Source: Octopus vulgaris (Eukaryota). Taken from it: DNA of 64,000 nt. The position numbers were made by a program, and so were the translations under genes. The stretch lies in NCBI GenBank assembly GCA_951406725.2, contig OX597820.1:41664001-41728000 (forward strand), in the 5' to 3' direction. This document shows positions 28,134 through 41,519 of the stretch, piece by piece (within the stretch, counting starts at the first letter, position 1; every line of letters starts with the position of its first letter). The notes beneath the pieces are model-generated. The model was not told the origin of the DNA. It was given only the letters and a program-made list of their open reading frames with translations, and made no database searches.

Positions 28134-29095
28134 CTAAATATGTGTAGTTTGATATGTTATGTTGCCTATGAGGCTTTTAAAAATCTGCCTGTATGTTTTT
28201 TTTCTCATTCATTGACAAATCAGAAGTTTGCAGTTTGCACCATTCACTTTAGGGATTGATCAGCCATCTTACATTATTTACATATGGAAATTAATGCTCA
28301 TTCCTCAGCTGAAACTGCCTTACATATTGACTGTTAATATGATACACTGGTCTTGTACATAATATAAAAATTAAATAAGTTTTTGAAAATCGTACGAGAT
28401 ATTTTTTTCACTCCCTTGCTCTCTTTCATTCTCACTCTTACACGCTATGATACCTTTTTGTTGCTTCTTTGTCTTTTTTTATGTCATTTCGTCTTTCACG
28501 TTGTCGACTCTCTTGGTCTGTCTATAATCCGCTTTTTTGGTCCTCTCTCTTCGACTTTCTCCTCTCAAATTTTTTCATGAATACGTTTAATTGTCAGTGC
28601 ATTTAGGATGTTATGTATATAGAGTTTAGATATCCAGTTCTTCCTCAACGTTTATATATGTATCCGCATATATATGCATGCGTATATGTATATATATATA
28701 CTTACATATCACACATATATATGTGAGTGTCTATGTATGAGCATGTACGTGTATGAGTGTGGGTGGGAGCACATGTTTGCGGGTGTCTATGTGTAAATGA
28801 GAATTTATATATATATTCACCTCTTTGTTCATGTTCATTTATTAAAATATGCATAGATAACTACATAGATAAACACATTTAATTATGTGCATTTATACGC
28901 ATATAGAAATATATCTATATATCCACGTACTACAAATTCATACACTCAAAACTCATTCACACACAAACATATATGCACATACACATACAAATGCACACAC
29001 ATATACATAATTGTGCATGCATATGTAAAAGTGTGTGTGAGTATATATATGTGTGTGTGTGGGCGTGTGTATGTGTGTGTCTGTATGTATGTATG

Positions 29096-29140
<45 letters not shown>

Positions 29141-29624
29141 CTTTCATAGATAATGTGAATAAAAGGGAAATACAGGAAGAAAGAATGAAAAATAGATAGG
29201 AAGGTGACGTAAGAGAACTGAGTGGAGATTAGGTATAGCAATTCTGGTCGAACTCTATGCATATTCAAATATGATAAATATGAGAATATCTCTCTGATTG
29301 TACTGGCTTATCTTGCTTTCTCAATCCCAATACCGTTCACACTCCCGTTTGCTATATTCATTCATATTGGGACAATGTTATTGAAATGCACAAAACTCTA
29401 TATCTCTGTGCCTGTTTGTCATTTCAACACTGTTTGTATAGTAGCTTGCCTTCATTGAGAGACATTGAAGCACGTCGTAGGAGACAGATTGGGATATTAC
29501 TATATTCATTATGTCATGGCTTATGTTATGTAATACTTGTGTTATGACGATAGTTCGTTACGAAACTAAACGGCTATGGTGGGACTGTAATGGTCGGTTA
29601 GTATAATTTATGGCGTATTAAATG

Positions 29625-30015
29625 TTTCTAACATTGGAACTTGACCATACATTTTCGGAAGGGACAAGTCGATTAAATCGATCTCAGTTCTTGACTGGAA
29701 CAGTATCTGGCCGACTCCTGAGTGATGAAAGCAAAAGCAGGCCTCAGCATCATTTGAAATCTGAATGTAAATTGTCGGAACAGTGCAAGACGATCTTATA
29801 ATTCTACTAATTTTCTGCCTTTGTGCATATCATACTTATTTCTAATTTAGTCACAAAGCCAGTAGTGATGGAGGACATTGGGTTAGCCGATGCTATTGGT
29901 TACAGTACTTCATTTGTTTATCAGCAGCAGCGTGATTTGAACTCATGTTGCAAAGAGCAGGAACTAAATTCCATAATATACATTTTTCCGGTACTCTACA
30001 ATTCAACCACTTCGC
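29625..30015 (-). mobile_element. Two degenerate family B SINE copies in tandem
   Basis: AAGTCGATTAAATCGA...GATGAAAGCAAAA...ATTTGAAATCTGAATGTAA and CACAAAGCCAG...ATTTGAACTCA...TTCGCC. Confidence 0.55.
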
Positions 30016-30309
30016 CAAATGTAATCATGTGTTAATTAGGAAAATTGTACATTTTAGATTAGAACATGCAGCAGAAATTCGAATTCTAGATTATAAAAGC
30101 TTCTAATGGTGATAGGGGCCAGTATATTTCGAAATGATTGCAATACTTAGTGTTGGTTTGTCCCAGTTTAGCTTTGACTGGGAAAACCAGTATCAAATGA
30201 TATATTTCTGTGATTACTCTGTATTTCTTGAAAGTGTATCTAAAGACCACCGTTGCATCTTTTCCTTTCGGGGTCGATAAAATAAGCATCAGCTGAGCAC
30301 TGGGATTAA

Positions 30310-30359
<50 letters not shown>

Positions 30360-31770
30360 TTATGAGTGTGTGTGTAAGTGTGTGTATCGTGTAATGGGAC
30401 CATTTCTAATACCGATGGAATATCTAACATATCAGAATCATGTTTTGAATTAGATTAAAATAGTTATGTTTGATGAATTAGAAACTATATTCTGTGTTTA
30501 TATTTTAATTCGTGCATGGAAATTTTATTGGTTAGAAACGACTATTCTAATTAATTACTTTTTTTCTGTATAAGCTTCAATATTTCACATTTAGTGTTAA
30601 TAAGTATTAATCCAATCCATCGTATCTGACATACCGTAACAATCTATTGTATCACCGAATTCATTTTCTGTTTCTCTTTTTTGTCACTGGTCTCCTCTAG
30701 CACTGATCCCACAATTCTTCTCTATTTATTTAAATCCAATGTCCAGTTTAGTGCTAAAATGACATCTTTGTGACCAGACTTCAATTTGGACACTGAATTG
30801 ATTTTACAATAATACTACTTTAATTAGATACTACATTGATACGAGTTATACTTTAGTTTGGGTGTCTTTCAGCAGATAATTTGATTATTTAAACTTTTCG
30901 AAATAGTGAATATACAAACCCCGGTTTCACTCATCTTACTAAGTATGCTATTATCTCCAACTTCTCACCTAACATTCTATAACTAACATCTGGCTTGTAT
31001 GTCACGTGAGCATGACGTAAATAGTTAGAGATCATTTATCAACTTGAGTCTTTGGTTGTTGTTCTTAGTGCTGTGAACTCAGTAGGCATGATCCAAATTA
31101 ACTCGATTAATGTTACAGGTTTCTGTAATAAACCCATTAAATATAGGAACAGCTGCTGAAAGAAGCCGGAAATATGATTAAAGGATCGGTCAAAGCCCCA
31201 ATATATTTCAACATTTTCTTCACCAATGTTCTGATACTTTAATTCTCATTTTACTATTATAATTCACGTCACACTATCTATTGGTTTGTTACTTCTAGAT
31301 TACTAACAACAACGTTCAGGACTTACAATATACTCAAGCAAAGCATATTATACAACTGCCAAATAGAAAGTATGTTCCTGAAGGAACTAATAAAAGTAAA
31401 TAAATCTCGGTCAGTTCCAATTATGACTATTGCAGTCGTTTGGCCAATTGCAAAGCTTATTCATTGGATTATAGTATCATTGAGTAAATATACCACATAC
31501 ACTAGTAACTTTAAATGAATTCACAGATAAAATTTAGTGTGACTCAATGGTTATTAAGGCTTACATTTTAAATTACAAATGCTATTACATCCGATGGGCT
31601 TCTGTAACGTCTGATTACGCACATATACTCATATAGCTGGAGTCGATCTGATGTTAGAGTGAAATACAATCGTCCAAGATGTAATGTAGTAAAATGGAAC
31701 AAGGACCTGATTGTTACAGTGTGAACTTATTAAACACTCAGCCATGTTATCAAGCACCAACATACATATA

Positions 31771-31966
31771 GGCACAGGCGAGGCCGTGTGATAAAAAAGT
31801 TGCTTCCCAGCCACATGATTCTGGGTTCAATTCTGCTGCGTGGTACCTTGGGCAAGTGTCTTCTACTATATTACTATAGTCTTGGGCCGACCAAAGCCTT
31901 GTGAGTTGATTTGCTAGACGGAAACGGATAGAAGACAGTCGTATGTATATATCTATATATATATAA

Positions 31967-31999
<33 letters not shown>

Positions 32000-32178
32000 T
32001 TTGTGTCTATGTTTGTACACCATCACCGCTTGACAACTGGTGTTGGTGCGTTTAAGCCATCGTAAATTAGCGGTTAGGCAAAAGTGGGCGATAAAATAAG
32101 AACTAGGCTGAACACACAAAAAAAGTAAGTCCAGGCGTACGAGCATGGTCGTAGTGAAATGACTGAATCAAGTAAAAG
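31771..32178 (+). mobile_element. SINE family A, full length, diverged
   Basis: GGCACAGGCGAGGCCGTGTG...CCTTGGGCAAGTGTCTTC...AAATGACTGAATCAAGTAAAAG. A very decayed opposite-strand head lies at ~31590-31745. Confidence 0.88.
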
Positions 32179-34193
32179 TATAAAGAAATAGATACAAATG
32201 ACATAGATACACATATTCGTACATACATAAATACATAAATACATAGAAAAATAAATACATACATAAACACATATATACTATTACTAGACTAGTGTAGTTC
32301 AGCGAAGACCTGGAACCTAAAAAGCAAAAATAATATGCACGGATATGTCTCCTGCAAATCTGAGAATGATTAAGCCTAACAGGCTTTCTTGAAATCACAA
32401 TCGTTTTATCACGCCAAATCATGAATACTATTCCCTTCCGATTGAAAACCAAGAGAAACCTGAGAAGGGCCTAACACCTAATGAATAAAAGAGACAGCGT
32501 GGCTCATATGCCACGAAGATGGCACCGAAATATCGATTATGGCATGATGTTATTTCAAAAGCAATATTCAATGCCATCAGTATGAAAAGCTGCCTTGGGG
32601 TAAATATCTCTGCTGTTGAATATGTACAGGCATATAAACAAGATGTATAACATTAACACATTCACACCGTTACTTCCGCCAGCTGACAATAGGCCTGGTA
32701 TATTTATTTGGGACAGAAAAGAATAATTGCCTTGAAAATGTGAAAATTTTATCTTACAAAATTAATGAAAAGAGACGATATTTACAAAAAAATTATGCAA
32801 AGCTTACAACTGCTCTAATTCAAAACATACCTATAAATATTGGTACACTGTTTCTGATAGGAGATAACAGGTCGCGGTCTTAAAGCGACGAAAATAATTT
32901 GACAAATTAAACTTAAACGTTGAAGTGAATCGAACGGCTTTTGTGTGTTTCTTAAATGTCTTACAAACACCTACCACGCTGCAATTGTTTTCGTTTCAGT
33001 ACGCGATCTCAGATCAAATCACTTGCTAAGCAAGTACATCTCCGTTATCAAAATAGCAATCTCTAAAAACTGAGCTTTCAAGCAAATAAAATGACCAGCA
33101 CTAATTTCACGCATTGAAAATTCAGACAATAAGTGGGGCAGTAAAAAAACCCTTCTAAAGCTTTTTGAGGCTTCACCTGTAACTAGTGGATTTTTTTCTT
33201 TGCATTAAAATTCCATTTATGACGCTACATTCCATTATTAAAATCTTACTAGCTCCTTCTTTGTAAGATAAAAAAGGATTTAATTAAGAAAAGGAAGAAT
33301 GCATAAGTAAATACATAAATTTAGGAAACATGGATATTTTTAGACAAGTGGGTAAATAGTGATACATGCATATACACACTCATACATGTACACATATGTG
33401 TATTTTACATATACATATTCGTATGTGAGTATGTGTGTGTGAGAGAGAGTGTGTGTGCGCGCGCGCGGACGTGTGTGTGTATGTGTGTGTGTGCTACTAG
33501 TGTTAGAATCCCATTATACCCATTCATTAAGCAAACAAATTCTTTGCTTCCCCTTTTAGCTCTTCTAAACACCTTATGTTCCCAAATACGTCTGCTGCCA
33601 TGATCAAACGCTGCGCTAAATCTGTAAGTCGTGAGGGAGCGCCAGTTTCCTTGACAACTGTATGTATGTATACGCAACCTCCCTATCTATGTTGGCCAGG
33701 ATAAAAGCTGTTTTGTAAATAAATTCAAAATTACATAAATCAACAGGTAACATTTTTAATAATTACGTAAGATGGAAACAAATTTAAACGAAAGAGAGGA
33801 GTAATTGGAATACAAAGAAAATAGCGGAATAAAATAAATACAGAATTGTGTTACAGAAACTGGGGCATAAGTGATAAAGTAGAAGGGAATGAGAGGTGAA
33901 ATTACTAAACATAGCAAGAGGAAGAGGGTAAGAAATATTGAACGATAATTTAAAAAAAGAAATGATGTAAAAATAGATGTTAAGTGTAATAAACGAAGGA
34001 GGGAGTTGAACAAATTATAGGGAAACAAAAATTATCAAACAAAGGAATAAAATATATAAATATGAAAGAAAGAAGTTAAGTGAAAAGGGAAGGCAGAAGC
34101 ATAGCATTGATAAGTGAATAATATAGGTGAGAACGAAAATAAGGGAAAAGACACATACGTTTTATATATATATCTACATATGCATGTACGCAA

Positions 34194-34307
<114 letters not shown>

Positions 34308-34370
34308 ATATGTACATGTAGAGGTAGGTACGTACATATATGTTTATATATATGCATATATTTTATTAAC

Positions 34371-34412
<42 letters not shown>

Positions 34413-34413
<1 letters not shown>

Positions 34414-34714
34414 GAGGTGCAATGGCCCAGTGGTTAGGGCAGCGGACTCGCGGTCGTAGGATTGCGGTTTTCGATTCCCAGACCGGGCGTTGTGAGTGTT
34501 GATTGAGCGAAAACACCTAAAGCTCCATGAAGCTCCAGCAGGGGGGTGTGGCGATCCCTGCTGTATGCTTTCGCCTCAACTTTCTCTCACTCTTTCTTCT
34601 GTTGGCCTGCTCGCTTAGCCAGCGGGGTGGCGTCATTTGAAGGCTAAAACGATGCGAAATGCATTGTGACCAGCTATGTGTAGCAACATCTGATAGCCTG
34701 GTCGGTCACGGTGA
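34413..34714 (+). mobile_element. SINE family D (tRNA-like head), single copy in window
   Basis: A-box TGGCCCAGTGG, B-box-like TTTCGATTCC, GC-rich body; flanked by (TG)n and (TA)n. Confidence 0.75.
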
Positions 34715-34716
34715 GG

Positions 34717-34776
<60 letters not shown>

Positions 34777-35039
34777 ATTCTTGCATACCCACCTGCACGC
34801 ATACATGGTGCTCCTACATGATACACACATGAACACTCATGCGTACGCAAACACACGCACGCGCGCACGCATATATATATACACATATATATTTGTTTCT
34901 TAAAATTTAGTTTTATTATACTCTAGTATTATCATACGTTCCCAGAGATGTCAATGTCATTGTAAATACAGAAACATTTGTTTCGGTATGCATCTTTCAT
35001 AAATCTGTCAGACTATTGTGAAAAGTTTTAATATACATA

Positions 35040-35444
35040 GGCGTAGGAGTGGCTGTGTGGTAAGTAGCTAGCTTATGAACCACATGGTTCCGGGTTCAGT
35101 CCCACTGCGTGGCACCTTGAGCAAGTGTCTTCTACTATAGCCTCGGGCCGACCAAAGCCTTGTGAGTGGATTTGGTAGACGGAAACTGAAAGAAGCCCGT
35201 CGTATATATGTATACATATATATGTTTGTGTGTTTATGTGTCTGTCTTTGTCTCCTCAACATCGCTTGACAACCGATGTTGGTGTGTTTACGTCGCCGTA
35301 ACTAAGCAGTTCGGCAAAAGAGACCGATAGAATAAGTACTGGGCTTAGAAAGAATAAGTCCCGGGGTCGAGTTGCTCGATTAAAGGCGGTGCTCCAGCAT
35401 GACCACAGTCAAATGACTGAAACAAGTACAAGAGTAAAAAGAGT
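35040..35444 (+). mobile_element. SINE family A, full length
   Basis: Complete head to tail. Confidence 0.95.
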
Positions 35445-36159
35445 ATAAGTATACCAATCCCAATCAAAATGAAAATATCTCTCTCAAATTCAGTGTAATA
35501 TTCAACTCGCTTCAAAATCAAAGTGAGTAGTGAGTTGCATATTTTTTACGACGGATTTTATACGGAATACAAGTGAAAAGACCTTTACAAACAGCATTCA
35601 AAATGTTTAATGGTTCTGAATCGTAAGACTGTGCCAAGTTTTTAGTGGATGCATATGTGCATCCTACTAAAATATGAGCCTAATGAGAAATGAAGAATAT
35701 GAACAAAAAATATTGCATGCAGACCTGAATCAGTATGGACCACGACAATTCGTGTAGTACGATTTAAAAATAGGTACTTGGGTGAATTTTTTAGACAGTA
35801 GGCTTTCACAACTATACATCGATATCTTGGGGGAGGAAGGACTATATAAATGCGAAGTGTCCTAGTTATTAGTAGAACAATATGTTGTTGCCAGCATACG
35901 ATCTTAAATTATTATAGAATACTCTCTTCATTAAGGCATCAAGGTTCTGAAGTAACCCAAATCTTTCAGTTAAATAAGAATGCAGAAGACCAATCTGATT
36001 TATCACTAGTAATATAATCAGAGAATCAGTATACTTTATCTTATAACTAAGCTAAATTTTCACGACGTCTTCCAGATAACTAGGCATCTAGCACGAAGGA
36101 TTACGACAATTAAAAACATGTCGAACATCCCTGGGCAATCTACGGCCAGAGTTTTGCAT

Positions 36160-36447
36160 CATCGACCCCAGAACATATTCTTTGTAAGTCTAGTACTTAT
36201 TCTATCGCTCTCTCTTTTACGGGGGCGTAAACACACCAACATCGGTTGTCAAGCGATGGTGGTGGGACAAACGCAGATGCACAAACACACACTCATACAC
36301 ACACACACACACACACACATACACATATACATATACAAAGGTCTTCTTTCTGTCTATAGTAGAGAAAACCCAAGCTGCCACGCAGTGAGAGTGCACCCGG
36401 AAGCATGTGGATGAGAAGCAAGCTTCTCACCATACAGCCACACCTGA
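36160..36447 (-). mobile_element. SINE family A, diverged, internally deleted
   Basis: TTCTTTGTAAGTCTAGTACTTATTCTATCG...GTAAACACACCAACATCGGTTGTCAAGCGATG...GCCACGCAGTG. Confidence 0.8.
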
Positions 36448-36765
36448 GACCATGTACTTGTATATATATATAGGGATTTGTATGATTGTGTATATAGGGA
36501 TATATATTATTCAAAGAAATTCCAACTCTCTGTTTTTTATGTTCTATTTATATTCTTTAAAATATTAATATGGAATATAGAATATATAGTATAAATAGTA
36601 TATATAGTAAAACGAAATGAAGTATCGATTGTCTTATTGAATAGATGAAATATTGAATATAAAATATTAAGGGACTAGTATACTTTCTTGCATTTAAGCT
36701 GTCTTCAAGGTCCCAGGTTGTGACAGTTGAAACTCCACGTATATATATATATATATATCTATCTG

Positions 36766-36798
<33 letters not shown>

Positions 36799-37036
36799 AT
36801 GTATATATATATATATATATATATATACTTGTATATATATTATTGATATGTGGGAGCCCAACGAGTTTGGTATATTATCGTTCTTAAATACCATATCGAT
36901 AGAATAACAATGACATGTTGGTGATAAGACGCCGTTGAAAACTCGCGTTTAAACTTCAAATAACAATGTTAAAACTGAGATCCGAAAATAAGAATAAGTA
37001 AATATACGAAAACAGGAAAACAGGAGAAAATCTTAT

Positions 37037-37107
<71 letters not shown>

Positions 37108-38349
37108 GAGATAGATAGATAGAGAGAGAGAGAGAGATACATGCATATATATATATATAACATATGTATCATGTATATATATATATATGAATATATATGT
37201 ATATGTATATATATGATCTTTATATATGCACACTTATGTACACACACACATATACACACGCGCACACACACTTTTTCATACCTACCCACGTATTTATATA
37301 TACACATAACACTTATTCTCGAGCACAAATGTTGAAAAAAAAATTACGCCTTTACGTGGAAAGAAACTCATAAGAACACACAAAAACATATAAATACTCA
37401 TACATACAAACACTAACACCAATATACATTCTCATACACTGCTATATTCACACACATATGCATTCAGAGACATATTGTATTTTTTTAAACATATCTTATC
37501 TATTTTATTTTTTTCTTGATTTCATCACAATTTCGAACCAATTTCTGTTATTACATCTCAAATATGATGTTATTACATATTTTTCCTAAAGCTTCTTTTC
37601 TTTTTTCTTTTGATTTTTTTTACTCTATCATGGCACAAATCATTATTATTACTGCTATTAATATTATGTTTACGAACCTGTATTGATGCATTTCTGTGTT
37701 TATTTAAATATTTGGCTTGAGGTTTTTGAAGTGTAATTCAAGCAAGCACAGAGAGTTGAACTAAATATGAAATAAACTCGACATGAATTTTATCTCACAT
37801 TATATTATTCCAAATCCTTGTTCATAGTGGCAGTTAAGAGGATAGGGAAGAACATGGAATAATTTATGAATAGCTAAATATTGTAACTGAAGAAATATAG
37901 AGCAACATATAATACCTGGCAGCAACAACCACGGCAGCCGTATTTGCTCGAAATAGTAGCCAAGTCACTTCTAAATTAAACTGCTGCTATGTAGTTCTAG
38001 TTAGTTATGTACAAATAGAAAACTGATAAGCTTATATCGCTGGAATATCTTTGGTCATACGTCTCCTCAATTAAATCTTATTCAGGAAGAAAGCTACATG
38101 GCATATTCAGGCACAACGATAGATTGATTGCAAATATAATGATGATGATGATGAAGAGGAGGAGGAGGAGGTGGAAGATGACACTGGGGATGAAAATAAG
38201 GATAGTGTTGGTGGTTGTGTTGCAGTGGTGTCGAATAACATGAATGCTTGTGGTTGATGTGCTTCCCCTACATTTCATTTTTATTCATGAGTCTGGAGGT
38301 TGTGAATTATTTCTTCGGCTACGAGGACGATGGTGTGTGTGTGTGAGTG

Positions 38350-38380
<31 letters not shown>

Positions 38381-38439
38381 TGTGTGTGTATGCGCGTGTT
38401 TGTGTGTACTTGACTAACTTAGGAAGGCACTGCCGTCAT

Positions 38440-38900
38440 ACCCATTAGCCACATTCTGAATCGAGAATAAATAGTACCGTAAGACGGACATCCTTGACCC
38501 ACATTGCTGTGTATTTCCACACCCAAGGCGATGCTACTGCAACGCACATATATATCTTAGATCAACATTGGAGTACTGTGCTCACATCTGGGTAAGGTAC
38601 AGATATCCTAGACTGCATCCGAAGGAAGAATCTACAGATTAGAGTGAGTCGCTCACTAAAATTGCCCAGGCTCTAACCCAATGACATGCAGACCACTGCT
38701 TCTCTTTCTTTACCCCTTCTACTGTAGCCTATAAACTTTCGGACTGTTGATCTCTTGACTCCTCTATTCAAGTCCTTTCGTTTTACATTCATTTCTCTTC
38801 TCATTGGCTTTATTGTGTCCGTACTTAGAACATGCTTGACATTTCGGAAAGTTCTTTTTTACTGGCTGCCGTCTATTTTTGAAAATCCATACAGGACGTA
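38440..38900 (+). pseudogene. Decayed LINE ORF2 C-terminal fragment (CR1/Jockey-group)
   Basis: 38559-38591 translates RSTLEYCAHIW, followed after a frameshift by ILDCIRRK; this matches the RPxLEYCSxxW...LLDRIQRK post-RT region of CR1/Jockey-group LINEs. Confidence 0.7.
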
Positions 38901-38958
38901 ACAGCCATCAATGTAATGCGTTTGGTATGGATAGGTGGCAGAGGGTATTGGCCCAACA

Positions 38959-39191
38959 CAGGCGGCGAGCTGGCAGACACGTTAGCGCGCCGGGCGAAAT
39001 GCTTAGCGGTATTTCGTCTGTCGTTACGTTCTGAGTTCAAATTCCGCCGGGGTCGACTTTGCCTTTCATCCTCTCGGGGTCGATAAATAAAGTAACAGTT
39101 ACGCGCTGGGGTCGATGTAATCGACTTAATACCTATGTCTGTCCTTGTTTGTCCCCTCTGTGTTTAGCCCCTTGTGGGTAATAAAGAAATA
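38959..39191 (+). mobile_element. SINE family B (B1 tail), full length, 15-bp TSD
   Basis: GGCGGCGAGCTGGCAGA...TTTAGCCCCTTGTGGGTAATAAAGAAATA; TSD GGTATTGGCCCAACA at 38944-38958 and 39192-39206. Confidence 0.95.
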
Positions 39192-39903
39192 GGTATTGGC
39201 CCAACAATTGCTGCTAAACCCACACTTTACAAAATGTTGATTAACCTCAGTTGAATGTTAATGAAGAATACAAAATGTACATAAGTAATGTATGTAGTAA
39301 TATACTATAGCCTATCAGTTTCTGGTACTCCACCACCAAAATCGTACAAGTGCAGGTTTTCTTCTCTCTCCTTTTTCTACCAAAGACCCAAAGCAGCCAA
39401 TTTAGGCATAGAATGCAGCCGATTCTATTGAACTTCGCAACTACATTTGTTCCAAATTTATCTACCTCAGAAGGGATAAACAGTAAAGTACATATACGAA
39501 GAATTTGAACTCAGATCGTAAAGGAACGTAATATACAGCAAAAAGTAATCTATTGAGCAATTTATTAGTTCTGCATATCCAATAACACCGGTTGTAAAAT
39601 AGCAAACAGCGCAAAACAACTCTCTCACATACAGAACATATATGCATTTACACCGAATGCATATGTACACACATACAAATCAGATTTTTTCAAAAACACT
39701 AAAATGCGATGCGTTCACATATATGTTTGCTCACATATATAGTATTTTTATTATGTTTGATATTTCAATTTTTTAAAAAAATGGCTAGGGATTTTATTAA
39801 CTTGATGTTTATATAATTTTATTTGCACAATCCTTCAAAGGAACTTTATAGAATTATTATATACACTCAGACATACACATATTTTCATACTTCATACTTT
39901 TCT

Positions 39904-39943
<40 letters not shown>

Positions 39944-40084
39944 GTATATGGGTTTGTATATGTGTATATATATATATATGCGTATATGCATATGTATGTA
40001 TGTAAACATATATATAATATATGTATATATATATATATTATATATGTATATGTATTTATATATACACAAACTCTATAAAATAGA

Positions 40085-41060
40085 AAACTAGAGGAGAATC
40101 TATAAGTTGAAGCAACAGAGATCATTAAAATTGAGAAGGAGCTTATCGATCGATTTGAGGGAATAAAAAATGAAAGCACCATTTCCGACGAGAATGGCCC
40201 GCAACTACTTCTTTGACACGAAGCTCGGAAAATACATTGTTCAGTTTGGGCATGTGGTCTAAAAAATCGAAGTACCGAACGCTGTTATATAGGCAATGGG
40301 AGAAAGGTTTTCAGCGGTTCTTTGACGAGCTATATCCAAGAAACGATGATCTAGAGGCGATGGAATTCGATACCTACCAAGACGGTGATCCGAGTATATG
40401 AGACTTTTGACAGAGTGCTGTGAAACCCGATATTAGCAGATAAAGTTGCGGAGGTGTTGTGAAGTATGCGTTGAACAAAGTGCCACGTCTGCACCGTTTT
40501 CTCTGCGAAGATTAATGTTACATGTCTGAGTCGTCCGCTATTATAACAGGCAACAGACTGGGAACATTTTAAGAAACTTGAGGTGTAAGGTAGTGACTTT
40601 AATGAAGAAAGACCTGAATAGTTGTAGGACATCATATACAGCTTCAAGCTGTACACTTCAGTGAACGGGTTGAGATACCCACGCTGACATTTGTGCATAT
40701 CAGCCTATCTAGATAATATGTGTGATGTTTCTCAGAAGTGACCATTTTGGCAGCAACTGTCTGAGGTGGCCAGATAATATATTTAAGTGGAGCTTCTTGG
40801 GTGGGAACGATGTTGCGGACTTAACATCTGTAGACGCATTGGTGCAGATGCGAAGAGGTGGTCCATATAAGGGACCATTATTTGGAAACCTACCGACTTA
40901 GGATGGCTTGGAATAAAATACAGTGTCATGAGATAGTTAGCAAATGTGCACTATACATTCATCGTGTTAGGTTGGGGTCTATCCAACCATGTGTCAAAAG
41001 GAAGACTTATCCGGATACTATGGTGAGAAAGCCTTTTGTAAGATGAAGGACAATACACCG
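40085..41060 (+). pseudogene. Highly decayed L1/Tx1-like LINE ORF2 fragment
   Basis: Higher-GC, codon-like sequence. FQRFFDELY is followed by EVL*SM and NKVPRLHRFLCED (40474-40512), resembling the F..YY..LY ... KSPGxDGLxxEFY pre-RT motifs; many stops and frameshifts. Confidence 0.5.
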
Positions 41061-41169
41061 CGGTAGGATGTTGATACAGGGAGTATAGTAGTTAACTGTA
41101 TATGTAGAACCCTGCAATTTCAGGTTAAAGATATTTACCAGCATATTAGATAAAATTAGAATAATACCA

Positions 41170-41343
41170 TTCTATATTTAAGAGATGAGGAATTATGTAC
41201 ATTATTTACATTTGACGGATATTTGTCCTCATCTTGTTTGTTGTTAATACAACGTTCCGGCTGTTATACCCTCCAGTCTTCATCAGGTGTCTTGGAGAAA
41301 TTTCGAACCTGGTTTCTCATTCCTAACGGATTTTTCGATGTTA

Positions 41344-41394
<51 letters not shown>

Positions 41395-41519
41395 TCACTG
41401 CTTGGAATCGAATTCGGAATCTTGGGGTTAGTAGTCCGCGCTGGAGTGTATATCAGCCGAAACGTTGTGTTAACACCAAACAAGATGAAGACAGATATCT
41501 GTCACTTGTAAATAATGTA
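41170..41519 (-). mobile_element. Composite non-autonomous retroelement: tRNA-like head + (AAT)n + Penelope-type tail with hammerhead, plus inverted 80-bp terminal copy
   Basis: Inverted repeat 41198-41276 / 41441-41519 (about 8 mismatches); hammerhead motif 41246-41291; tRNA-like AGCGCGGACTACTAACCCCAAGATTCCGAATTCGATTCC at ~41404-41442 (minus). Confidence 0.8.
41246..41291 (-). ncRNA. Minimal type I hammerhead ribozyme motif (this copy has GAAA>GGAA)
   Basis: GACAC-CUGAUGA-A-GACUG-(10-nt loop)-CAGCC-GGAA-CGU-U-GUAUU. The inverted partner copy keeps CAGCC-GAAA-CGU-U-GUGUU, restoring the core and the GACAC/GUGUU stem I. Confidence 0.75.
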
